From positions 1 to 63,974 of the forward strand of contig NW_021833700.1 in the NCBI RefSeq assembly GCF_006345805.1: DNA of 63,974 bases, written 5' to 3'. Of this stretch, positions 26,231 through 37,640 are shown one piece after another. Numbering within the stretch: the stretch's first letter is position 1; each line of letters starts with the position of its first letter. The notes beneath the pieces are model-generated. The model had not been told where the DNA came from, ran no database searches, and was given only the letters and a program-made list of their open reading frames with translations. The position numbers and the translations under genes were made by a program. The stretch comes from Octopus sinensis. Its lineage: Eukaryota.

Positions 26231-26249
26231 TAATTACTGCCCTTCTGGC

Positions 26250-26960
26250 TACAGGTTCCGGATAAACTCTAGGGGCACGGATGTGCTGTTAGACGGACTT
26301 GTCCGAGGTGCTCGCCCTCATTCAGTATCCGGGCTTTACTGACTTGTGGGGTTATGTTGAACAGCTGCTGTCATCTGTGGGACGGATCCGTCTGTCGACC
26401 GAGTCTGTAGTGATGATCGCACCGCTGCCCTCCTTCAATGGAGCATAGAAAGCAGTTTTCCTTTATCTGGTGGCTGTGGCGAAAGAGGTTGTTTGGTGGA
26501 CAAGGCCGAAAAGCATGAGGACAGATAAATTCCTCTTTGGTTGAGCTCTCATTGATTTCAAGTTTCATTTGAAAATGAAGTTGAGAGTGGAGAGGGAAGT
26601 GCTGTCCTCGAGGGAGTTTACTGAAAGGTGGGTGAAAGTTGCGAAAATGGCAAGAATGGGTGGTACCTCTCTAAGTGTAGACCTGTGAGTCAGAGAGAAG
26701 GAATTGGAGAGGACACTTGCTCTTGGGGTTTCAGGGAAATCTCGGACAGTGGAGTTTTTCAATTATCTCTAAAGGACTTCCTGTATCAGGAGGGTCACAT
26801 CTCTTTCATCCCCCCTGCCACTTTTCATTTAAACCTTTCTATGCTATGTGCCTGTCCCTTTTTTCAGTCTATACCGTGTATACTTCTTTTCTTCATCATT
26901 TCATTATTATACGTAACCTCCCCCCACATTTCATATCTGTCTCTGTATTGTCCCCCCTCA
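26250..26960 (+). mobile_element. Tx1/L1-clade LINE 3' end
   Basis: VPDKL*GHGCAVRRTCPRC / ALIQYPGFTDLWGYVEQLLSSVGRIRLSTESVV..KAVFLYLVAVAKEVVWWTR..FKFHLKMKLRVEREVLSSREFTERWVKVAK, followed by a 3' UTR. Confidence 0.8.
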
Positions 26961-28064
26961 TCCTCATAATAATGATTAAAGGTGGCGTGTTGGCAGAATC
27001 GTTCCTGCGCCAGAAAAATTGCTTAGCGGCATTTTGTCGTCATCGTTGTCGCCGCTTCTGCTGTTGGTATTTTAGAGGTTATTGCTATTATTGTTGTTGG
27101 TGTTGTTGTCGTTTTTATTATTATTCTTGTCAAAATTGTTGTTGTTGTTGCAGTTTTATGTAATTTACTTTTATCTTCAATCACTGGAAAATTAAGTTTT
27201 GCAGTGTGTGTGTGTGTGGTGTGTATGTATGTGCATGCGCGCGTGTGCTTATGAACTAGTGTGTGTATACGCACGGGAGAGTACGATTTTGTGTGCACAT
27301 ATATGTGTATATGTGTGTATACATGTGTATATGCATGTGTGTGTGTATGTGTATATGTGTGCATGTATGTGTGCGTGTTGGAAGCCTCACTAAAGTGGAA
27401 GGATATGTTGTGTTGTTTCTCCGTCGAGGATAGCCTTGTCCCGTGAAATAATAAACAACGTGGAACATTCCAGATGAATATTGATTAAATATAAAAGGAA
27501 AATGGCTGAACGCTTTCTTCGATTTTGTTTTTGTTTTTTTGTGTGTTTTTGTGTGTGTATTGGGTGGGAGAGTAGATTTTTTAATGGTTTTTTTTTTTTA
27601 AGTTTCGTTTCGTATTGTTTTCATTTTGTTTTGCTTCGTTCCGTTTTCTCCTCTGTATCCCATTTTATGAAATGAAAATTAAATTGAAAGGTGTATTATG
27701 TTAGGGAATATTTATGGCAAGTTGATTGATTTATCTCTGTTTTTTGTTCTCCTAAAGACCTGATGTTTGCTCTGCTTTTTGTGTTGAGGGAAAGAGGGGG
27801 CGGGGAGAGATAATCAGACGAATAGAGGCGTAGAGAGTGAGAGAGAGACGGACAGACAGACAGAGAGAATAGGGGGTGCAGAGGAAAGTGTAGAGATAAG
27901 GAATAAAAGCCGAAGGAAACGAAGGAAATATGACCGTTCGGAATATATTTTCCTTAATCTTTTTTCAGTAAAGTAGTTTATATTTTGTGTTTACTTAAGA
28001 AAAGGTTTTGACTCATGGCAGGAAAAACGAGAAAAGAGCTGATAAGTTTTTAATTTATATAGAA

Positions 28065-28450
28065 ACTAGCAGTATAGCCCAGTATTGCTCGGGCTTGTTT
28101 TCTTTTCGACCCTTGAGAATTGAAATTTTTGAAAAGTAAAACTTTTGCATTATGTAGCTTGTTATTCTCTTTAAGTGAACATTTTTCTGGTTGAAATACA
28201 CCGAAAAATGGCGACACAGCAAAAAATAGGGATTTTCATAGAAAAAAAAGCACCTTTTTGATGTAAATAATTTTTGGTGTTAACATGGTCCGATTTGAAT
28301 TTTTTCTTCTACGGAAGGAAGAGCAAGCCTTCTTCTATCATACTCTCAATTTTGGTCAACTTGCGCTGCAGGGTCTCGGAGGAGATAGTGTTAGTTGAAG
28401 GCTACCAAACCTGCCATACACAGACAACTTCAGCTTTACGTATAGAGAGA
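28065..28450 (+). mobile_element. Helentron/HINE-like non-autonomous element
   Basis: 5' end ACTAGCAGTATAGCCCAGTATTGCTCGGG and 3' end acagacaacttcagctttacgtatagag parallel the copy at 58772-59400. Class assignment is from recalled similarity to DINE-1/Lep1-type ends. Confidence 0.55.
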
Positions 28451-28499
28451 CTAGGCGTTACAGTCTCTCTACCAAGTTACAACAAAATAGTTTCATGAT

Positions 28500-29375
28500 G
28501 CCTTCACTTGGTAGAAAGCTTTTGGTGAATAGTGATGATCTTGAAGAGAAAGATAAGCAGATTCTGATGTGTTATTAACAAATATCGAAACTAGGTGAGA
28601 CAAGTCCCATACCAAACAACAACAAAAATAGATTACATGGCATCTTTACCTGATAGAGCGACTTGATCAATAGAAATCTTGAGGAGAAAAGACGAGCTAA
28701 GTCAAATGAGACAGTAAATAATAGCGAAACTAGATGTTACGGGCAGACATTAAAAATCACTGAAAGTTTTAAGTATGAAGGAGAATTAGAATATGGAAAG
28801 CTAAAGATGAGGAGAACATGAGAAGGATGAGGAAGCAAATGAAATCAAAACTAAATGGTCCGATTCTAGTGAAGGATGTAAATACTTGGACAATATCCTT
28901 ACTTCGATATTCTGCAACTTTTTGCAGATTGGACAAGATCTGTATTAGCAAATCTAGACAGAAGAACTAGGAAGGAATTTAAAAGGAACGAATCGATTAG
29001 ACTGACCCCCAATGATCAACTGGTGTTTATTTTGTCGAACCTGAAAGGATGAAAGGCAAAGTCAACTTGGGCGGAGTTTGAACTCAGAACGTAAAGACAG
29101 ACGAAATGCTGCTAAGTGCTTTGGCCGCTGTGCTACCGATTCTGCCAGTTCACCGCCGTAATAGTAATAATAAAAGAAATGGAGGAACTTTCAAAGTACA
29201 AAGACCTGGAAATAGAGGTGAACTTGGATGTGGAACCTCAAAAATAGAAAAAATTCCTATCATAGAAGGAACCATGAGGTATGATGAAAATAAATTCTCA
29301 GATAAATATACCAGGACTAACAAATAAATTTAACATACAAAAAAAAAACCCAGCACGTGATAAAAATAAGACTAC

Positions 29376-29380
<5 letters not shown>
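28500..29380 (+). mobile_element. Fragmented R4/Dong-like LINE (RT thumb and RLE end) split by a SINE B at 28995-29158 (-)
   Basis: RRMRKQMKSKLNGPILVKDVNTWTISLLRYSATF..WTRSVLANLDRRTRK (to 28975), then KEMEELSKYKDLEIEV..IPIIEG (29170-29380), ending in (AAT)n. Confidence 0.7.
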
Positions 29381-29420
<40 letters not shown>

Positions 29421-29423
<3 letters not shown>

Positions 29424-30560
29424 GCAATACCAGGCAGTGGCTCTCGTGGCTTCTGATCTTAACTGATTGAAAGTGTTATCATGTACATTGTTTTGTCTTG
29501 GTATAAAAGATGGGCTACAGCAAATATTCTGCTCAATACCACAGATTTGCTTGTCAGTTGTTTGACCGTAACCAGTTGAGCATGTCCCTTAGTGGCTGAC
29601 GATATGTGCATCTCTGATCACGAGCAGAAGTAGTGGGGGAGCAGCATAGCCATGTGTTGAGAGGGATTCTTTGAGGTTTGAATAATTCACCTCTGGAAAC
29701 ATGGGTGGTTCTTTCAACATCCTTAAGAAACCCTTATTCAGGGACCTTTTGAGCGGGATGGGCTACTCAACCTGAAGAAAATTCTAACTGGGCCCCACCT
29801 GCAAGGTCATGTGCTGTTTATCTTGATATGAGATCACCATGTCGCACACATATGGTTGTGATGCATGTGCCTAGTGTACCCTTATGAGAGGGGTAGTCAT
29901 GATGGGTACACTGGGCTTCGTATATTTTACCCCATTGTCACTCTGATGGCATGCACTGCTCTCTCACTCAATAATAATAATAATAATAATAATAAAATAA
30001 TAATAATAATAAATGCAATACCAGGCAGTGGCTCTCGTGGCTTCTGATCTTAACTGATTGAAAGTGTTATCATGTACATTGTTTTGTCTTGGTATAAAAG
30101 ATGGGCTACAGCAAATATTCTGCTCAATACCACAGATTTGCTTGTCAGTTGTTTGACCTTAACCAGTTGAGCATGTCCCTTAGTGGCTGACGATATGTGC
30201 ATCTCTGATCACGAGCAGAAGTAGTGGGGGAGCAGCATAGCCATGTGTTGAGAGGAATTCTTTGAGGTTTGAATAATTCACCTCTGGAAACATGGGTGGT
30301 TCTTTCAACATCCTTAAGCAACCCTTATTCAGGGACCTTTTGAGCGGGATGGGCTACTCAACCTGAAGAAAATTCTAACTGGGCCCCACCTGCAAGGTCA
30401 TGTGCTGTTTATCTTGATATGAGATCACCATGTCGCACACATATGGTTGTGATGCATGTGCCTAGTGTACCCTTATGAGAGGGGTAGTCATGATGGGTAC
30501 ACTGGGCTTCGTATATTTTACCCCATTGTCACTCTGATGGCATGCACTGCTCTCTCACTC
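29421..30560 (+). repeat. Two tandem ~550-bp copies (period 591) of a non-coding retro-tail, each ending in (AAT)n
   Basis: Copies at 29421-29970 and 30012-30560 differ at only three sites that I could see (gaccgt/gacctt, gaggga/gaggaa, taagaa/taagca). Confidence 0.9.
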
Positions 30561-30591
<31 letters not shown>

Positions 30592-30930
30592 CAATAACAA
30601 CAACAATAACAACAACAACAATAACAACAACAACAACAACAACAACAATAACAACAACAGCAATAACAACAACAATAATAACAACAATAATAACAACAAC
30701 AACAATAACAACAACAATAATAACAACAACAATAATAATAATTGTAATGAATGGCAACATGGACGAAGCAGCCTGAAAAAAAACAACAGCAACAACAACA
30801 ACAGAAACGAAGAACAGCAGTAAGAAGGAGAAGGACAACAACAACAACAACAGAAACGAAGAACAGCAGTAAGAAGGAGAAGGACAACAACAACAACAAC
30901 AAGAGAAATCATAAGAACAACAATACTGAC
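30561..30930. repeat. (AAT)/(AAC)n tract with an internal ~54-bp duplication
   Basis: cagaaacgaagaacagcagtaagaaggagaaggacaac occurs twice. Confidence 0.9.
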
Positions 30931-31084
30931 ACATAAAAAGAGAACCGATATCAACAACAATGGGTTAATCGGCTATGAATAATCCCTGCATGGATTATCC
31001 ATGGCACGAAATATTGTCTTGGATTTCTTATGGAAATATTCAGCTGTTGATGACGAGCCGCCGTCAGGGCCTTGGTTGTCATAG

Positions 31085-31097
31085 ATACTGTGATACG

Positions 31098-31169
<72 letters not shown>

Positions 31170-31790
31170 TGTGTGTGTGTGTGTGTGGTGTGTGTGTGTG
31201 TGTGTGTGTGTGTGTTCGTGTGTGTGTATGTGTTTGAGTGTAAGTGTTTGTGTTTGCGAGTGTGTGTGAATGTGTTTGTGTGTGTGTGAGTGTATGTGTT
31301 TATGTGTGTGTGAGTGTATGTGTTTATGTGTGTGAGTGTGTGTTTGTGTGAGTGTGAGTGTGTGTGTGTGTGTGTGTGAGTGTTTGTGTGTGGTGTGTGT
31401 GTTTGTGCTTATATGTGTGTGTTGTGTGTGTTTGTGTATTTGTTCGTGTGTATGTGTTCGTGTGTGTGTGTATGTGTTTGAGTGTGAGTGTTTGTGTTTG
31501 CGAGTGTGTGTGAATGTGCATGTGTGTGAGTGTATGTGTTTATGTGTGTGTTTGTGTGTTGTGTGTGTATGTGGGGGTGAAAGCGTGTGGCTTAGTGGTT
31601 AGGGTGTCGAACTCACGATTGTGAGATTGTGGTTTCGATTCCTAGACTGGGTCTTGCGTTGTGTTCTTGAGCAAATCACTTCCTTCTGCGTTGCTGTGCG
31701 AACATTTTGTCACCTGACATGTGGCACATCGTGTACCTGTACAGGTATCGATTAGATGAAGGGAGTGGGTTTATGTCAACACAAACATTT
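31085..31790 (+). repeat. (TA)/(GT)n tract followed by a degenerate tRNA-SINE head (31575-31790)
   Basis: tggcttagtggttaggg and ttcgattcc boxes after a long degenerate GT tract. Confidence 0.75.
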
Positions 31791-31885
31791 GAACACTGGA
31801 AACAAATTACCCATGTGGCCGTTCAGCAATAAATTATAGAACCCACATACATCATCTAACGACAGGAAAGTCCATCACACACACA

Positions 31886-31916
<31 letters not shown>

Positions 31917-32019
31917 CACGTGTATATAAAATGAAGAAATAAGTGATATAGGTATCCACTTTATACAGCTCAACCGATTAGCATTCAATAAAGCTTCAGG
32001 AATATAAAATTAAGGAGAG

Positions 32020-33888
32020 GAGAAAACAAATTCAAAGGCCGATGTGTATATTCATTCAATCCATATTAACGAAATTCTCCATGGTATACAATGTACATAC
32101 ACAGATGCATTCATCTCTATGAGATATAAAAAATTTCTAAGAATTTATAAATACATACATATAGGCGAAAATTTACAAATATAAAAAATTCATGGATATA
32201 TAAGAAATTATAAACGTATAAAAATTCATGAATATAAATATATAAAAATATAATTCCAAAAACGTACCTGCGAAGTCCGAATGTTCGAATTTGAACCAAT
32301 GAAGAAGGTGGATAAAAAAAGCGAATGTAAGATGATTCCTAAGGAGTCCTGAACATGTTTAAAATATTAAGGCCGTTTCGTAAAGATGTAGGTTGGTAAG
32401 GGCGAGCTAATTCCAACCATAGAAAGTCTCTATATTTCTCTCATCAGAGTTAATAGATTTACAGGCTTAAAACTTTAAATGATATGGTAGGTTAGATGAT
32501 TTTTAAAACCGAATGTTTAATAAGACTGTTTTTTCAAGCGGATAATGTTAAAATTATTGTTACAGGCTAGATTAGGATCCTACTGCTTAATTAATTTTGG
32601 TGAAAAATTTAAACGTTGAAAGATATTTGTGTCTACAGGTGAGTATAACGTCAGATATTTTATTCAGTAAGCTATTTTTGTTGGCTCGGGGTCGGTGGAT
32701 CGCGTCCTTCGTGCGTAAATCGCAATTCTTTGTGTGTGTATTACGATGGTGTGGCTTCCCTTATTTTAGACCAATTCAGACTGAATTCTTTGTTCTTCAT
32801 TTTTAATTTATTGATGTAGGTTGCTAGTGTGGTTGAATTTTTTTATTTCGTAGTTAGAAAAAGAGTTCATAGAAAAAGAGTTAATGGGACAAAGTTCCCT
32901 ATTACGACAATTGTTTTTTATTTTATTTCCGAGTTTAGTCTTACTATTTTTAATATCCAAGTCCTTATTATTGTTCTTCGTGTTAGGGTCAGCGAAGTTA
33001 TCTCTGTTGGTTTCGTTATTTCTAAGTTTAAGTCTATTATTTGCTGCAATGATAGATCCAAGATTGGGTGTGGTAGAATGGGATAATTTAAGACAGGATC
33101 TATTAAATATAGAATGATATTTATGACCAAGTGGGAAGCTCCTATCGATAATGCAAAATAATAACTTAGGGAGGTTTCTTACCTAGAGGGGGAAGGTATG
33201 TGTATGAACCATATAATTTCTCCTCCTCCCTCCCGAAATTCTTCAGGTTTCTGTATTTTGTGGGGTTGTTTGTTGCATGTGTGTCGATGTTAGAATTTCG
33301 TAATATTTGGAAACTGTTTGCTTAATTTGTTTTTAAATATTGTGTTTTTAACATATTTTACTATTAAATCCACAGTCTTTTAGTTCTGTATTATAAAGGT
33401 GTGTAAACTCATCGAAGATCTTTTCGTTTGCGGATAAATTAGATATTCTTATCAACACACCTTTGATTATCCCCTTAATGGCAATTTCGGGATGATTTGA
33501 TAAGGCGTGGATATACTTAATAGTTTTATTAGGTTTGTGGTAGGGGTAGAACAAGCCGTTATCCAAATTTAATGTTACATCCAATATGTTAACACATTTG
33601 GTAACATTTTCAAATATAATATCTAATTTGTATACTTTAAAAAAATATTTTTTTCCTAATCCTATTAGTTGCTTGTGCGGTGAATTCTGATATGGCAAAT
33701 AAGGCATCACCTCTGTACAAGCGTCCACTAATATTAGGGAATTCTTCCTGTAAATTCTTAGAAATTTTATATATCATATAGATGAATACTTCTATGTATG
33801 AATATTGTATACCATGGAGAATTTCGTTAATATGGATTGATTGATTACATACATCGACACATCATCGACCTTTGAATTTGTTTTCTCT
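32020..33888 (-). mobile_element. 5'-truncated Penelope-like element with inverted pLTR
   Basis: Minus strand: RT thumb (VNILDVTLNLDNGLFYPYHKPNKTIKYIHALSNHP..RISNLSANEKIFD; 33348-33728), linker (IIWF..IIDRSFPLGHKYHSIFNRSCLKLSHSTTPNL), NCRNRELCPIN and EN C-terminus (TYINKLKMKNKEFSLNWSKI). 32020-32149 is an inverted copy of 33751-33888. Decayed HHR at ~32365-32455. Confidence 0.85.
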
Positions 33889-33911
33889 TACTTATATATA
33901 TATATATAAAT

Positions 33912-34115
33912 GTGACCTCGTGTGTACCGTTGGCGATTTCTTTTCCTCTGACTTCCCTTCTCGGGATCTTTCCTTCTCCTATGTTTCCGACGAAGAGCTC
34001 CGCTCGAAACGTTAAACCCTCCTTGTTCCCTTCTTTCCTGAGCGTCCAATAATACTATATTTGTTCCACGTCCTCGCGTTGTGTTTTTTTGTGTATTCTT
34101 GTTTGGATTAACTAT
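33912..34115 (+). mobile_element. Short Penelope-type tail element with minimal HHR (33983-34017)
   Basis: gttt CCGACGA a gagc tcc gctc GAAAC GTT aaac; bounded by (TA)n on both sides. Confidence 0.72.
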
Positions 34116-34169
34116 ATATATATGTATATACACACACACGAAACCGATATACCTACATATACACACATC

Positions 34170-35030
34170 AATATATTCTGAATGGTGTGGTCACCGTTTG
34201 TGCGGCGCATTTTCCCGCAGTTCCCCTCCTTGGCCGAACTACAGTCGTGGATCAAACAGAGACCGAGGTTAGGCGAATGGCACCGCGAGTGTCGCGTTGC
34301 TCTCAAGCAACTCTGCCGTCCGGGACCAAACTTGTGCGACTTCATTATAACAAAGGTGTTCTATAGAAGATTAGTGGAGGGGAGGTGCGTCGACGTTCTC
34401 GGGCAGAGTCTGGGCGTCGAGGAAGAATGCCTGGCCCACCTGTTCAGGACAACTTTCGGGCCGGGACCTATGGACAATAACCAAAGACCCCTGGCCTGGC
34501 AGTGCTACCGAGAAGCTCTACGGGCACGGTTCGAGACACACCGGACCGACTTGCCCGAGATGCGGTCAGAGCGACGAAACTGTTCGGCACGCACTCGTGC
34601 AGTGTCCAACCATTTCGGACCTGTGGGCTTATGCCGAACGGCTGCTGTCAGCTGTGGTACGAGTCCGCCTGTCGGACGAGTCTGTCGTGACAGTTGCTCC
34701 GCGACCTTCCCTCAACCTGGAAGGCAAGGCAGTCTTCATCATATTGGTGGCTATGGTGAAAGAATGTGTGGTGGACTCGAGCGAAAGGATTAGAGACAAA
34801 CACTTACGTCTCTGGCCAATCGCTCATCAACTTTTTCAATTACCACTCGTGAAAGTTTCAAAAAAAGGTGGGTGAATATAGCAAAGATAGTGCGTGCGAG
34901 TGACGAAACCACTTTGAGCATGATCCTATAAATCGAAAGAGAGAGAGAGAGAGCACTTTGCTCTCATGTGTTTATTCCCTCCCTGCCTGAGGTTACTGTG
35001 GTCTTTTCTGTAGGCTTTTCTTTCCACGGA
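34170..35030 (+). mobile_element. Tx1/L1-clade LINE ORF2 3' fragment (zf-RVT region)
   Basis: KVFYRRLVEGRCVDVLGQSLG..GPGPMDNNQRPLAWQCYREAL, then a shift to VQCPTISDLWAYAERLLS..KAVFIILVAMVKECV. Confidence 0.85.
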
Positions 35031-35196
35031 TAAATCTAATCTTGTTTTTTACATTTTAAACATTCTTCTGTGATATACGATCAGAATTTTACTTTTTTTC
35101 TCATTTTTCCCCTTTTTCTTTTCATTTTCGAAGAGAAAAGCTCTACATTTGTATTTGTCCCTTCTGTGTTTAGCCCTGTGTGGCCAATAAAGAAAG

Positions 35197-35253
<57 letters not shown>

Positions 35254-35266
35254 AATCTATCTATCA

Positions 35267-35321
<55 letters not shown>

Positions 35322-35342
35322 AATCTATCTACCTACAGACAT

Positions 35343-35383
<41 letters not shown>

Positions 35384-36182
35384 TGTGCACGTTAGTGCCG
35401 TACTGGTGTGATAGGTATCTATTTGTTGAAAGCCGAGTTTCTCGTTGCCGTATACTAGGCGACTATTAACATGATATTAAGCTTTTTTATATACACACAT
35501 TTTAGCTGTATTCCCATAGCACTGAAAGCAACATGGCGGAAATTACAGACACCACATAAAATACATATAACAATGTAAACAAATATGAAAATAAATTTAT
35601 AAAAATTTCTTTGGAAAAATTTCTACAGCTGAGATGCTAATGTTTTTAGAGAATAGCTTCTAAGAAAATTTCGAAGAGCAATTATTGTGAACACCGCTGT
35701 GGTTAACCTAAGAGCGGACAAATATTTGAAGAACTAATGATTTGAAAATATAGAGATGTTTTAAGAATTTGGTTCCAAATTGGTGCTGTCTGGTCGTGTG
35801 TTTTTTTTATTGGTAATATAAATATTACATATTGATTTGTTGTCTGTGTCTTTAGCTAACTGGTTATTGTTCATTAGTCTGTAAGAGGCAGTGTTTAGTT
35901 GGATATTGCGAATTGTTGTAAAGTTTGTACGATAGTTGCCATGTAACATAAAGGTTAACTATAGATCAGCTCTTTGGGTTATTGGTTTATATATGTATAT
36001 ATATGGATATATATATATAAATATACATACATGTGTATATATACTTATAGACATACATGTATATTATATGTATGTATGCATGTATATATATATATATATA
36101 TATATATACATAAATATCTGTGCAGTATATGCAATAGAGGCCGTATTAGGTTAAGGCAGTCATCTATGTATCATATCTAATA

Positions 36183-36317
36183 TAAATAGATCGTTGAAAG
36201 GCAAATTTACTGCAGTGTTCTTTCAGAGGTAACACCTCTTATGGACATGCTTAAAGACACAGCAAGTTCATCTCCGGACGAATACTGCAGCAAATTTGTC
36301 TTTCAACGATCTATTTA
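36183..36317. repeat. 34-bp inverted repeat (32/34 matched) with 67-nt spacer, MITE-like
   Basis: taaatagatcgttgaaaggcaaatttactgcagt pairs with actgcagcaaatttgtctttcaacgatctattta. Confidence 0.8.
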
Positions 36318-36523
36318 CATGAAATATGATGCATAGATGGTCCTCTATCTCTCTAAACATACAAAAATCCATCCATCCATCCATCTATCCATCCAGCCAT
36401 ACATAAATACATACCTACATACATAAATACATAAATACATAAATACATACATACATAAATACATACATACATACATACATAGATATATACATACATACAT
36501 ACATACATACATACATACATAAA

Positions 36524-36557
<34 letters not shown>

Positions 36558-37086
36558 CATACATACATACATACATACATACACACATACACACATAAAT
36601 ACATACATACATACATAAATACATATATACATACATACATACATTCATACATACATACATACATACATACATACACACATACATACATAAATACATATAT
36701 ACATACATACATTCATACATACATACATACATACACACATACATACATCCAACCATACATGCATACATACATACATGATATGATGGCTGCCCCTCGTTAT
36801 CGAGTATGGCCATTGCACGAGGCTTAACTGTTATACATCCATCCATCCATCCATCCATCCATCCATCCAATCCATCCAACCATACATACATACATGCACA
36901 CACAAGTTTTCTTCTTTGGAATAATCTATCTGGAAGGATAGTTATAAAGTTATATCTTGTATCATGTCAATGTTGAACTTGAGTCTCACAAGCAGCCTTC
37001 GAATTTTTCTCTCCAAAAGTGATTTTTAACTAAATATTTATTTCGTGTAATAATTTATAGCTTTACGCGTGTTCTTCGTGATATAC

Positions 37087-37288
37087 TGTTGTGTGGGAGT
37101 AGAACACCCCTATTGGTTGGCTCCTAATGGACTGTGCCACAATATAAATGGACATGCGCAGAGATCGGTGTAGAGTAAAGCCGGGAGTTGCGTATTGTCG
37201 AGGATTATTATCAGTGTATTGAGGAGAACGATTTGCAAGGAGATTATTATTATCCCGTTATATCCTATGTAGAACGTGCGATATAACA
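37087..37288 (+). mobile_element. Probable solo LTR
   Basis: Starts TGTTGT, ends ATAACA; flanks TATAC/TATTC (4/5 TSD); internal ATTGG and TATAAAT. Confidence 0.5.
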
Positions 37289-37487
37289 TATTCTCTACCC
37301 AAAAGAAAGTATTTCATATTCTTTGGAATGTTTATAAAACTCATGACAGAATGGCAATACACGAAAACAGCAGAATATTATTTGAACAAAAATAATTCCC
37401 GCTCGCAAGACTCCGAGCTGGCAGAAACGTTAGCACGCCGGGCGAAATGTTTAGCAATATTTCGTCTGTCTTTACGTTCTGAGTGCA

Positions 37488-37538
<51 letters not shown>

Positions 37539-37605
37539 TGTGGTGTGTGACGTTCACAAGCAATATCATTAGTTGACGTTCAAAGAAAAATGGAAAGAGT
37601 AAAGG

Positions 37606-37640
37606 GTATTACGTTTCGGAAAGAGTCCTTCTTCAGATAG
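37606..37640 (-). ncRNA. Minimal hammerhead motif in a Penelope-type tail
   Basis: Minus strand: ctat CTGAAGA a gga ctctt tcc GAAAC GTA atac. Stem I is only 3 bp. Confidence 0.55.
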
